35,957 bases of DNA, taken from sequence record SRR20825010_813. One strand, given 5' to 3'. Below the pieces are notes generated by a model. It did not search any database, was not told where the DNA came from, and saw only the letters and a program-made list of their open reading frames with translations. Below are positions 1 to 8,945 of the stretch, piece after piece (the stretch's first letter is position 1; each line of letters opens with the position of its first letter). The position numbers and the translations under genes are program-made.

Positions 1-74
1 CTTTTCAACAAATTCTTTTTGAAAAAAACGGCGCATTGACATTAAGACTCTGAATATGTTGTCTTTAAAATATG

Positions 75-110
75 AAAAAAAAATGGACAACCCTAAGAAT
101 TGTCCATTTT
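75..110 (-). terminator. Intrinsic terminator downstream of the 69-aa gene
   Basis: Perfect inverted repeat AAAATGGACAA (80-90) / TTGTCCATTTT (100-110) with a 9-nt loop. The A-run at 75-83 gives a U-tail on the minus strand. Confidence 0.8.
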
Positions 111-132
111 AACTCAGTTTCCTGAATGCTAT

Positions 133-342
133 TTACTTTTTACTCCCTTTTCCAGTTACCCATTTATCACTTTTCATTTCTCCAAGTATGGTAACATCTT
201 TCATTCGAGAATAGTCTTTTGCCGCAAGTTTCATTTGTTCTTCAGTATCTCTTCTGATAAGAACTCCTCCGCTTCCTTGGTTTTTAACTTCTATATAAAA
301 CCCATCTTTCAGTCTTGCCGGCTTCGTCGCTGGTCTTCCCAT
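133..342 (-). CDS. Small basic hypothetical protein (69 aa)
   Basis: ATG-started ORF with natural composition (MGRPATKPARLKDGFYIEVKN), an AT-rich leader and a terminator right after it. Confidence 0.75.
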   Translation of the reverse strand: MGRPATKPARLKDGFYIEVKNQGSGGVLIRRDTEEQMKLAAKDYSRMKDVTILGEMKSDKWVTGKGSKK

Positions 343-417
343 TCACCTAAATATTAAATTAATAATTGCGCTGAATATAAGAAAGAATGTCTCGTTTCAA
401 AACAATTTTGTGATTTT

Positions 418-915
418 TTAATAATCAATTGTGTCCAATATGTCCGTTTTATCAACTTTGAACGTCAGATTATCTCGTTTTCTATAGCGCGCACTTTGAA
501 TCAACCCCACAATCATGAATGCCAACATCGTTAAAGTATAAAATCCAAAAGCTGGTCCGAGCTCATCAAATGACATCGATCCTGGATTAAACATCATCAC
601 GAAGTTCCATAATATAAATATGAATGAAACAGACATACCTATTATTGAGAGCACTTTCATTGTTCTGGTTTTGACTCTTACTAATCCCCAGATTTGAATT
701 CCAACAAAAAACGTAAAGAACAGAAATGACCATAAAGACGCTATTATAGTCAACTCTTTGTACTTCGCTGAATTTTTTGTTGTATAAATAAGGTCGCCTT
801 GATCACTCCATTCATATCCCCACCGAGCATCACTGATCTCTTCGGAAAGATAGAATATGATTACAATAAATACGATTGAAAGAAAAATTCCGATAATGTG
901 CAATGCATAACTCAT
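418..915 (-). CDS. Hypothetical membrane protein (~4 TM helices)
   Basis: Four hydrophobic segments. The start was moved from the ORF-track start at 936 to the ATG of MSYALHII at 915. Confidence 0.7.
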   Translation of the reverse strand: MSYALHIIGIFLSIVFIVIIFYLSEEISDARWGYEWSDQGDLIYTTKNSAKYKELTIIASLWSFLFFTFFVGIQIWGLVRVKTRTMKVLSIIGMSVSFIFILWNFVMMFNPGSMSFDELGPAFGFYTLTMLAFMIVGLIQSARYRKRDNLTFKVDKTDILDTIDY

Positions 916-954
916 AGTAGTTTCTCTTCGAAACACTAAAATACAAACTTCCTA

Positions 955-1578
955 CTATTCCTTGATTCGATAATCGGTTCCGGATTCGGAGATTACCATC
1001 TCGACAACTTTCCAATATACCAAAACAGCCAAAACGCTATCGACTTTTCTCAAACCAAGTGTTGACTTCCGATATAATCGAGATAAACTGACGGGTTGTA
1101 ATTCTTCAATGAGGTTCAAAAAATTCATTGTTTCGGAATCAAATGACTCGGGACGTTGTGCCCCCGCATGTTCCATGTGCCATACTTTCGATAGAATTTT
1201 ATTTCCAATCAATGTATGATCTTCTACACGAACATAAGGTTTCCATTGATCGTCTTCATCCTTTGCCTTATGTTTTTGCGATGATTTTGGAACTATAATC
1301 TCTAAAACGAGGTGATGACCTTCTTGCCAAACCGCGGATTCAAACATCACTCTCGGTTTTGTATGCAGATCAGCCGCTCCCTCAATCATAAAATACTCTT
1401 CTTCTGGATTTGTTCCTGCTACCTTACCGTTGTCTTTCACGCCAATTAGTAAACTTCCTCCGTGCGTATTTGCGAATGCCGCCAATGTTCTGGCGATTTT
1501 CCTCTGATCATCGATCCGAAACTTGAAGTCGAGCATGCTCCCTTCACCTTCCGCTATTCGAAGTTTTAATTGTGACAT
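955..1578 (-). CDS. Schlafen/AlbA_2 domain protein with possible C-terminal winged helix
   Basis: Motifs GEGSMLDFK, IARTLAAFANTHGGSLLIGVKDNG and YVRVEDHT are typical of AlbA_2. Confidence 0.85.
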   Translation of the reverse strand: MSQLKLRIAEGEGSMLDFKFRIDDQRKIARTLAAFANTHGGSLLIGVKDNGKVAGTNPEEEYFMIEGAADLHTKPRVMFESAVWQEGHHLVLEIIVPKSSQKHKAKDEDDQWKPYVRVEDHTLIGNKILSKVWHMEHAGAQRPESFDSETMNFLNLIEELQPVSLSRLYRKSTLGLRKVDSVLAVLVYWKVVEMVISESGTDYRIKE

Positions 1579-1579
1579 C

Positions 1580-2305
1580 TTAATTATTCCAAAGTTTCCA
1601 CGCTTTTAGCGCTTGCTCTTTCAACATTGATTCACCATTTAAGATGGTCGCTCCATTTTCCTTGGCGTTCTGTAAAAACAACGTCATTTCAGGATTATAA
1701 ATGAGATCCACTACGAGATGCTCTTCAGTGAGGTGCTGATAAGGAATATCTAAACATTCATTCACGCTTGGAAAAGTTCCCACTGGCGTACAGTTCACGA
1801 GGAGTTTACATGCCTTTAGCATATATTCATTTACATCGTGATACGAAAACTGATTTTCCGCAATGGGATTTCGCGTGACAGTCAGCACATCTACTCCAAG
1901 TGATTTCAATACATGAATAATGGCTTTCGATGCTCCGCCTGTTCCAAAAACGATTGCTCGTTCATGTTGATTTGTTAAAAAGGGCTTGATTGATTGATGA
2001 AAACCAAATGAATCAGAATTATGCCCAATAAGTTTTCCTTCTTGCTTTTTTACCACATTAACAGCTCCAATTTCTCGAGCTTCATCGGATAATTCATCCA
2101 AAAAGGGGATAATTGATTCTTTATAGGGTATAGTAACATTGAAACCGACAAAGTCTTGGTTGAGTACTTCAGCGAGATCTTTCACGTTTGGAACTTCGAG
2201 ATTCTCATAGTTCGCGTCAATTGAATGTTCTTCAAAAAAACGAGTGAAAAACTTCTTTGAGAATGAATGTCCCAATGACTCCCCGATCAATCCAAATTTT
2301 TTCAT
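1580..2305 (-). CDS. aroE: Shikimate dehydrogenase
   Basis: GLIGESLGHSFS, GFNVTIPYK, IGAVN, GHNSD, GTGGAS, VNCTPVG, DLIYNP. Confidence 0.95.
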   Translation of the reverse strand: MKKFGLIGESLGHSFSKKFFTRFFEEHSIDANYENLEVPNVKDLAEVLNQDFVGFNVTIPYKESIIPFLDELSDEAREIGAVNVVKKQEGKLIGHNSDSFGFHQSIKPFLTNQHERAIVFGTGGASKAIIHVLKSLGVDVLTVTRNPIAENQFSYHDVNEYMLKACKLLVNCTPVGTFPSVNECLDIPYQHLTEEHLVVDLIYNPEMTLFLQNAKENGATILNGESMLKEQALKAWKLWNN

Positions 2306-3231
2306 GCTTCTTTTGGTGCAAATCTTTCAAGGATCACGATTACCGCAAATCCAGCAACTGCACAACCAATAGCCGGCCATAATAATGCTTCACCACTAAA
2401 GTTAGCTGGTAACACATTTGTCATCATCCAATCTTCTTTCCCGTTTGTATGCACAACAAGTGGCTCTGTACCAATTTGATTTTTCCATGGCCATACTTTA
2501 TAAAGCGAGCCAATCATAAAACCAGTTAATAGGGCAATTGTGATTTCTTTAAAGTTCTTAAACAAATATTTCAATACACGAGCGAAGGTCAACAAGCCAA
2601 CCAAACATCCAGTAGCGAAAAGTCCAACTATCATTAGATCCTTCGATTTAATGGCATCCAGTACAACATGATAACTCCCCAGCAATACTAAAATGAACGA
2701 TCCTGATATTCCAGGCAAAATCATCGCACATATTGCCAGAGCTCCACTCAGAAGGATGTACCACTTAGCTTCAACGGAGGCCACAGATTCAATAGAAGAA
2801 ATATAGAACGCTATTCCAGCACCAATGAGCAGGACAACGATTACTCCTATAGACCATTTTTTTATTGTTTTACCGATTAGGAAGACGCTAGCGACTATTA
2901 ATCCAAAGAAAAAGCTCCAAATTAAAACGGGATGCACTTCAAGAAAGTAAGTAACCACTTTTGCTAGAGAAGCGATACTGATAATGATTCCCGCAAATAA
3001 AAACAGGAAAAATGTACCGTTAATATGATTCCAAAAGGACTTAACGCCTTCTTTTCTCAATACTTTTAATGCACCGAGATTAATTTTGTTAATACTATCG
3101 ATTAATTCCTCGTAGATTCCAGAGATAAACGCGATTGTTCCTCCAGAAACACCTGGTACAACATCTGCTGCTCCCATTGCCAAACCCTTCATGGTTAACA
3201 TGGCCAATTGGATAGGTGATCTTTTTTCCAT
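2302..3231 (-). CDS. DUF368 family membrane protein (putative undecaprenyl-phosphate translocase)
   Basis: Signature motifs GAADVVPGVSGGTIA and AMILPGISGS; multiple TM helices. Confidence 0.92.
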   Translation of the reverse strand: MEKRSPIQLAMLTMKGLAMGAADVVPGVSGGTIAFISGIYEELIDSINKINLGALKVLRKEGVKSFWNHINGTFFLFLFAGIIISIASLAKVVTYFLEVHPVLIWSFFFGLIVASVFLIGKTIKKWSIGVIVVLLIGAGIAFYISSIESVASVEAKWYILLSGALAICAMILPGISGSFILVLLGSYHVVLDAIKSKDLMIVGLFATGCLVGLLTFARVLKYLFKNFKEITIALLTGFMIGSLYKVWPWKNQIGTEPLVVHTNGKEDWMMTNVLPANFSGEALLWPAIGCAVAGFAVIVILERFAPKEA

Positions 3232-3545
3232 TAATATTTTTCTAAATGTGGTTCATTATTGTCAATCCAAGCGAAAATTCCTCCTTCGAGTACACAAATA
3301 TTCGAAATTTCGAATTCTGTGATTAACAAGTTAGCGACAGCTTCAGCGCGCCTTCCTGTTTTACACATCACAATAATTAATTGATCTGTAGGAAGTTCAT
3401 TTACACGTTTTGAAACCTCCGCCATTGGGATTTGGAGAGAAGTAATTGAACAAATTTGATGCTCGTATGTTTCTCTTACGTCCAAAATGACACATGTTCC
3501 TTCGGCTAGATGGAGTTTTGCATTTTCAGCAGAAATAAATTTCAT
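3231..3545 (-). CDS. Rhodanese-like domain protein
   Basis: ILDVRETYE, active-site loop CKTGRRA, C-terminal LEGGIFAW. Confidence 0.9.
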   Translation of the reverse strand: MKFISAENAKLHLAEGTCVILDVRETYEHQICSITSLQIPMAEVSKRVNELPTDQLIIVMCKTGRRAEAVANLLITEFEISNICVLEGGIFAWIDNNEPHLEKY

Positions 3546-3563
3546 ACATCTGTTTTAAGGCTG

Positions 3564-3571
3564 CAAATGTA
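3564..3571 (-). promoter_or_regulatory. Bacteroidota sigma-A -7 element (TACATTTG) for the rhodanese-DUF368-aroE-AlbA_2 run
   Basis: Exact TAnnTTTG match 18 nt upstream of the ATG at 3545. Confidence 0.6.
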
Positions 3572-3594
3572 CATAACAATCGGGAAATGGTCTA

Positions 3595-4074
3595 TTATTT
3601 GACTTTAACTGACACAACCATCTCAAAACGGGCAACTTGCTCGCCGCTTAGGTTTTCGGCTACAACTATTATTGCTTGGTTAATCCGTTCACCTGAGGCT
3701 TTCGACTGCTCCATCGCGGATTTAACCAATTCTCCTTCGTTACTTTTAAAGACAACATGTGATTCTGCGCGCATTAAAAACTCAGCATTCATGGATTTAA
3801 AGGCAAAAGAGACTTTACTTCCCATTTGCTCCGAGAAATAAAACGCGTGGATTCCTGCGGCAACATCTGCACCAACTGCAAGCGCTCCAAAATACATTGA
3901 ACCCAAATGATTTTTTGTTCGTCTGCGCAACCTTATTCGAATGGCTACGCATTGATCATCCAAGGTAAGTAGTTTGGGTTTTACGAAGTGAATCAATGGA
4001 ATTTTTACGAGTCCTAAAAGAAAAAGCTTCCATTGCATTTTCCCGAGTGAAGTGTTAGATTGTGGCTTGCTCAT
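3595..4074 (-). CDS. Hotdog-fold thioesterase-like protein (DUF4442/YiiD-C-like)
   Basis: LRRRTKNHLGSMYFGALAVGAD motif and FKSMNAEFLMRAE strand. Confidence 0.8.
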   Translation of the reverse strand: MSKPQSNTSLGKMQWKLFLLGLVKIPLIHFVKPKLLTLDDQCVAIRIRLRRRTKNHLGSMYFGALAVGADVAAGIHAFYFSEQMGSKVSFAFKSMNAEFLMRAESHVVFKSNEGELVKSAMEQSKASGERINQAIIVVAENLSGEQVARFEMVVSVKVK

Positions 4075-5032
4075 ATTCTGATCTTATTTGTTCAACGATT
4101 TCTCCCAAAGGACGAATTGACTTTACATGTTCAATGGACGGTCCAGCGCACCAAACTGTTTTATATGTTGTGCTGAATGCCGCTTTTTGCAAACTTTTCA
4201 TCCCTTTGAAAAAAGTAAATGCCTTGAACCACTTTTTGAGACGTTTGTTTTTATTTAAAAATCGCTCAAACCAATTTTGAGAAGTTCCCACTTTCTGAAC
4301 ATACGGTGTATTTATAACAGTACAAGGTGTTCCTGAAAGTTTTGTCGTCATCACAATATCTTTCTCGCCATAATCTACGCAAGCTTGTTTGTATTCATTC
4401 GAAACGCCCGATTCTGTAGACGCAATAAAAATACTTCCCATGGAAAGTCCATCTGAACCTTGTGCAATCATTTCCGCTGCTTCGAATCCATCTCCTACTC
4501 CACCTGCGGAAATAACTGGAATCGAACATTCTTTCTTCAATAGCGGAATCAATTCCTTGTAGGACATCGGTCCAGCGTGACCTCCAGCTTCTTTGTTGAC
4601 CGCAATTAGCGCATCTGCTCCAAGTGCTTCCACTTTTCTGGCATAATTCACATCTACCACATCGCAGAACACTTTTACTCCCGCGGCATGTGCTTGTTTT
4701 ATTGTTTCCTCTGGAGAACCGAGAGACGTAATAATAAAGTCAATCTTTTCTTCGCAGCACGTTTTCAGTTGCTCCTTGTATAGAAAATTTGATTTATTGA
4801 CAATTAAATTAATCCCAAAAGGACCGTTCACCTCTGCTTTTATCTCCCGAATCACCGTTCTAAGTTCTTCCACTGTTCGATAATTCAACGCGGGAATTGC
4901 TCCAGTAACACCTGCTTTGATTGCTTCTATGATCATCTCTTTATTCGATACTAAAAACATAGGAGCTACAATGACTGGAAAATCTATTCCCAACATTTTT
5001 GCCAACTGGGTTTCTTTTGGATTTATTTTCAT
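4055..5032 (-). CDS. Nitronate monooxygenase family flavin oxidoreductase
   Basis: PVIVAPMFLVS, FGINLIV, EAGGHAG, PVISAGGVGDG, WCAG. Confidence 0.9.
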   Translation of the reverse strand: MKINPKETQLAKMLGIDFPVIVAPMFLVSNKEMIIEAIKAGVTGAIPALNYRTVEELRTVIREIKAEVNGPFGINLIVNKSNFLYKEQLKTCCEEKIDFIITSLGSPEETIKQAHAAGVKVFCDVVDVNYARKVEALGADALIAVNKEAGGHAGPMSYKELIPLLKKECSIPVISAGGVGDGFEAAEMIAQGSDGLSMGSIFIASTESGVSNEYKQACVDYGEKDIVMTTKLSGTPCTVINTPYVQKVGTSQNWFERFLNKNKRLKKWFKAFTFFKGMKSLQKAAFSTTYKTVWCAGPSIEHVKSIRPLGEIVEQIRSEYEQATI

Positions 5033-5036
5033 ATCC

Positions 5037-5044
5037 CGAAGATA
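5037..5044 (-). promoter_or_regulatory. Variant -7 element (TATCTTCG) 4 nt upstream of the start codon
   Basis: One mismatch from TAnnTTTG. The same TAnnTTCG variant recurs upstream of other genes (13876, 19561, 34072). Confidence 0.5.
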
Positions 5045-5236
5045 TCGAAAATAATACTATGTACGCACAATTAATTGAGATTCATTCTTCTCGCTGTTAT
5101 CTGGTCATATTTCTTATTCAAGCATCACATGATTTAATCAATTACAGAACCTGAACTGATCTAAATTGACAATAAAAGATCAATTTGTCGCACGAAAAAG
5201 GGCGGTTCGTTTCTAATGTTCATTTGCAGATTCGAT

Positions 5237-5244
5237 TAACTTTG
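5237..5244 (+). promoter_or_regulatory. -7 element (TAACTTTG) 4 nt upstream of menA
   Basis: Exact TAnnTTTG match followed by TTGT and then ATG. Confidence 0.6.
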
Positions 5245-5248
5245 TTGT

Positions 5249-6169
5249 ATGTCAAAAACGAAGGCTTGGATTAATGCAATGCGCCTGCGGACTTTACCGC
5301 TTTCGCTCGCTGGGATAATTATGGGATCTGCGGTTGCCTATTATCATGATTTTTGGAATGCGTGGATTTTCGGATTTGCGATGTTAACCACCATTCTGTT
5401 CCAAATCCTCTCCAATTTGGCGAACGATTTAGGTGATGGAGTCAAAGGAACAGATAATGCACAGCGTGTGGGTCCTGAGAGAATGGTTCAATCTGGAATT
5501 ATTAGCTCCAAAGAAATGAAATTCGGTGTCATCTTAACTGCCATACTTAGTTTGTTCTCCGCTGGAATTCTAATTTACCTTGGTGTTCAAGGAATGCCAG
5601 TTTTCATGCTTTGGTTTTACGCCGGATTAGCATTGTTATGTGTTTTGGCAGCAATTACGTACACAATTGGAAAAAAAGCATACGGATATCATGGATTGGG
5701 AGATTTAATGGTCTTTGTTTTCTTCGGTGGTGTGAGCGTTCTAGGTGTTTATTCACTTTTTGCAAAAGACTTCCTCTTTGAAAATGTGCTTTTAGCGATT
5801 ACAGCAGGACTTTTAAGTACAGCTGTATTGAACTTAAATAATATGCGTGACTATGTCAATGACGCGAAATCTGGTAAAAACACGCTTGTTGTGAAAATGG
5901 GACCAAATAGCGCAAAACTATATCATGCGCTTTTGATCATTGTTTCTCTAACGACTTTCGGTACATTCATTGCGCAATTTGAAGAGCCAGTGTTGTTTTT
6001 GGCAATGCTACCTGGGTTAATTCTGATTTTCCATTTAAGAAAGGTCATGAAAACGGCTAATCCAAAAGATTTCGATCCAGAACTAAAAAAAGTCGCGCTT
6101 AGCACTTTTGCTCTTTCGGTTGTATTTTTTGGAACGCTCATTTATTTGAAAACAACCGTTTCGCCATGA
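5249..6169 (+). CDS. menA: 1,4-dihydroxy-2-naphthoate octaprenyltransferase
   Basis: RLRTLPLS, SNLANDLGDGVKGTD, AYGYHGLGD, NNMRDYVNDAKSGKNTLVV; adjacent to menC. Confidence 0.95.
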   Translation: MSKTKAWINAMRLRTLPLSLAGIIMGSAVAYYHDFWNAWIFGFAMLTTILFQILSNLANDLGDGVKGTDNAQRVGPERMVQSGIISSKEMKFGVILTAILSLFSAGILIYLGVQGMPVFMLWFYAGLALLCVLAAITYTIGKKAYGYHGLGDLMVFVFFGGVSVLGVYSLFAKDFLFENVLLAITAGLLSTAVLNLNNMRDYVNDAKSGKNTLVVKMGPNSAKLYHALLIIVSLTTFGTFIAQFEEPVLFLAMLPGLILIFHLRKVMKTANPKDFDPELKKVALSTFALSVVFFGTLIYLKTTVSP

Positions 6170-7173
6170 TTCGTGCTCGATTCACCAAAAAAACATTCCA
6201 ATTTAAACGACCAGCAGGAACGAGTCGAGGCATACTAACAGAAAAACATGCCTGGTTCATTGAGTTGTTTGACACGTTGAATCCAACTAAAACTGGAATT
6301 GGTGAATGCAGCGTAATCCCTGGACTGTCTCCAGACTTTAAGAGTTTTGATGCATACGAGAGAAAATTATCCGAAGTCTGTTCCAATCTAGCTACTGATC
6401 TTACCGAATGGCCTTCGATCAAATTTGGAGTCGAAACTGCACTCCGAAGCTTAAATTCAAGTGATTCTACTACCATTTTCGAGAATGCTTTTTCTCGAGG
6501 CGAACAAAAAATCAGCATCAACGGATTGATTTGGATGGGAGACGCTGGCTTTATGAGAGAGCAAATTGAAGAAAAAATAGAAGCTGGATTCTCCACGATT
6601 AAATTAAAAATTGGTGCAATTGATTTCGATAGTGAATTGTTGCTTTTAAAATCTATCCGAAATCGCTTTAACAAAAATCAAATTACACTTCGAGTAGACG
6701 CCAACGGAGCTTTTTCCGTGAATGACGCGCTCGATAAACTGAAAATTTTGTCGGAACTAGACATTCATTCTATTGAACAACCTATAAAAGCTGGACAAAT
6801 AGACGAAATGGCGAAGCTGTGTTCAGTTACACCGTTGCCCGTTGCCTTAGACGAAGAGCTAATCGGGATTCACGAACTTTCTGCGAAAATTGCATTATTG
6901 GAACGCATTCGACCGCAATACATTATTCTGAAACCAAGTTTGCACGGCGGTATTTCGGGAACTCAGGAATGGATCAAACTTGCAGAAGAAAAAGAGATTC
7001 CGTGGTGGATGACTTCTGCGCTAGAATCAAATGTAGGATTGAACGCCATTTGTCAACTGGCTGGAGAATACGATAACCCCTTACCGCAAGGCTTAGGAAC
7101 GGGCTCTTTGTATGTCGAGAACATTCCATCCAATTTAATTGTAGAAAACGGAGCGATTTTTATTCAAAGATGA
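6166..7173 (+). CDS. menC: o-succinylbenzoate synthase (enolase superfamily)
   Basis: KLKIG, LRVDANG, IEQP, ALDEEL, SALES, QGLGTG; ATGA overlap with menA. Confidence 0.92.
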   Translation: MIRARFTKKTFQFKRPAGTSRGILTEKHAWFIELFDTLNPTKTGIGECSVIPGLSPDFKSFDAYERKLSEVCSNLATDLTEWPSIKFGVETALRSLNSSDSTTIFENAFSRGEQKISINGLIWMGDAGFMREQIEEKIEAGFSTIKLKIGAIDFDSELLLLKSIRNRFNKNQITLRVDANGAFSVNDALDKLKILSELDIHSIEQPIKAGQIDEMAKLCSVTPLPVALDEELIGIHELSAKIALLERIRPQYIILKPSLHGGISGTQEWIKLAEEKEIPWWMTSALESNVGLNAICQLAGEYDNPLPQGLGTGSLYVENIPSNLIVENGAIFIQR

Positions 7174-8759
7174 TCTCCTCTTCAACATATCACACATTTC
7201 AAAAATGGTTCTATCGGTTTCTCCCCATTTTGATTTTCCTTTTGGGATTCTGGTATTTCTCCCTTAGAATTCTTGGAATCGATCTTGCGTATATTCCGGG
7301 TGATTTAGGAGATTCTCGTTTCATCAACTATATCCTTGAACACGGATATCAATGGATGAATGGAACTGTACCCGATTTTTGGAGTGCTCCATTTATGCAT
7401 CCATATCCAAATGTGATCGCCATTTCCGACAATTTATTGGGAACAATGCCTCTTTACTCTTTTTTCAGAAGCATCGGCTTTCAAAGTGAAACCTCTTATC
7501 AACTTTGGTGGATGGTTATTTGTGCACTTAATTATTGGTCGGCATATTTTGTAACTAAAAAATGGACGGGAAGAAGTGAAATTGCAGTTGTGGTAGCCTT
7601 CATCTTTGCTTTCACCATTTTCAACCTTGGGCAATTAGAATACATGCAGATGATCATACGATTTATGGTTCCGATTGTCATCTACAACGCTGCAAAATTA
7701 GTTGAAACTGGGTCTTTAAAGAATTTCGCATTTCTCTCAGTTGGTTTGGTGTATCAGTTTTATTGCGTGATATACACTGGATTCTTTCTCTTTTATATTG
7801 CCATCGGGTTTATCATTCTCTATGCACTGATCAATAAAAAGTTCCTGTTTTTTAAACCTCTGTTTCGAAAATCGAACATAGTTTATACGCTAGGTATTGT
7901 CGCAGCTAGTATTTCCTTGCTCCTTGTTTTGTTTATTCCTTATTGGAATATTTCAGATATAACAGGGTTAAAATTATTTGATGAAGTAAAATGGACGCTT
8001 CCTACATGGAGATCATACTTGTTACCGTCTCCAGCTTCCGTTCCGTGGCAATTTCTTACGAGGACATTTTTCCCTACACTAGAAAATTGGTGGATCCACA
8101 TTTCTTTTCCCGGAATGATTCCTTTGTTAGCTGTTATTGCGCAGCCATTTCTTTGGATTTACTGGAAGGTCAAAAAGAAAACTCCTTCAAAGATATTACT
8201 TGCATTATCCATAACGACCTTTTTGATTTTTCTATTTTTTCTCCGAACGGATACGGGAGTTACACTTTACGCCCTCATCTTTAAACTTCCTGGAATGAAT
8301 AGTATGCGCGTTTTGAACCGATTTATTCATGTTGGGTTGTTCTTCGCACTGATTACATTGGCGTTCGGTTTGCTAAATCATTCAAAGAAATTGATTTTGC
8401 TTTTACTTCTTTTGGCATTTATTGATAATTCTTTTCGCGTCTCTGGGATTCGGAGAACAGCAAAAAGTGAAATCATTGAGCGAAGAATCCAAACCGCTGG
8501 GATGATTAAGAACTTTATTCGAAAAGATCAGACTTCGTTTGTGATTATTCCTGCGCCAAATCAAACTGTTCTTAAGGTGCATTTGGACGCGATGGTTGCT
8601 TCACAAATGCTCGGAATTCCGACAATCAATGCTTACACGAGTAGTTGCCCAGTAGATTATGGCGACTTTTTCCAATTCGGGACGGAGCAAGCTTTGGAAA
8701 ATTGGCTTAAGCTGAATAAGATAGATGCCAACTCTGTATTCGTTCTTAGATATCAATAG
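7170..8759 (+). CDS. Polytopic membrane protein, possibly GT-C/YfhO-like glycosyltransferase
   Basis: About 11-13 hydrophobic segments, an acidic motif after TM1 (PGDLGDSRF) and a soluble C-terminal domain (PTINAYTS); ATGA overlap with menC. The family call is an inference. Confidence 0.65.
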   Translation: MISSSTYHTFQKWFYRFLPILIFLLGFWYFSLRILGIDLAYIPGDLGDSRFINYILEHGYQWMNGTVPDFWSAPFMHPYPNVIAISDNLLGTMPLYSFFRSIGFQSETSYQLWWMVICALNYWSAYFVTKKWTGRSEIAVVVAFIFAFTIFNLGQLEYMQMIIRFMVPIVIYNAAKLVETGSLKNFAFLSVGLVYQFYCVIYTGFFLFYIAIGFIILYALINKKFLFFKPLFRKSNIVYTLGIVAASISLLLVLFIPYWNISDITGLKLFDEVKWTLPTWRSYLLPSPASVPWQFLTRTFFPTLENWWIHISFPGMIPLLAVIAQPFLWIYWKVKKKTPSKILLALSITTFLIFLFFLRTDTGVTLYALIFKLPGMNSMRVLNRFIHVGLFFALITLAFGLLNHSKKLILLLLLLAFIDNSFRVSGIRRTAKSEIIERRIQTAGMIKNFIRKDQTSFVIIPAPNQTVLKVHLDAMVASQMLGIPTINAYTSSCPVDYGDFFQFGTEQALENWLKLNKIDANSVFVLRYQ

Positions 8760-8767
8760 CGGATAAA
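8691..8767 (+). repeat. Left copy of a diverged 77-bp direct repeat (functional 3' end of the membrane-protein gene)
   Basis: Aligns without gaps to 10520-10596 at 61/77 identity. Encodes ALENWLKLNKIDANSVFVLRYQ* on + and FIRY* on -. Confidence 0.9.
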
Positions 8768-8847
8768 CTCAGGTTGATTGTCAATTTTAAGAAGTGACAT
8801 AATCAAAACTTTAAAACATTTCAATTGCTTAAATATTTCATTGTTGT

Positions 8848-8930
8848 TTAGATTATTACTTGTATTTTGCGTTAAATAATAACATGCACACATCTTTAAA
8901 TAATAAAAGAAGGTCAACGTTAAATAATAA
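8848..8930 (+). repeat. TTAAATAATAA direct repeats at 24-bp period upstream of the Fic gene (putative operator array)
   Basis: Exact copies at 8872, 8896 and 8920; an in-phase 8/11 copy (TTAGATTATTA) at 8848. Confidence 0.75.
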
Positions 8931-8945
8931 AATAACAACAAGCGC

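Noticed and set aside
5045-5236. Longest ordinary intergenic region, checked for a riboswitch or ncRNA
   Set aside because: No strong hairpin or recognisable RNA motif by eye; a covariance-model search would be needed to exclude one.
6138-6674. 178-aa antisense ORF within menC, and the other short nested ORFs in the track
   Set aside because: They lie inside well-supported genes and have no recognisable motifs.
8850-8877. Possible dif/Xer site (TTGCGTTAAAT is 9/11 to the XerD arm TTATGTTAAAT)
   Set aside because: No convincing XerC arm at the 6-bp spacing and no partner site at the other islet end.
8848-8930. Mini-CRISPR interpretation of the 24-bp periodic repeats
   Set aside because: Repeats (11 nt) and spacers (13 nt) are far too short, and no cas genes are present.
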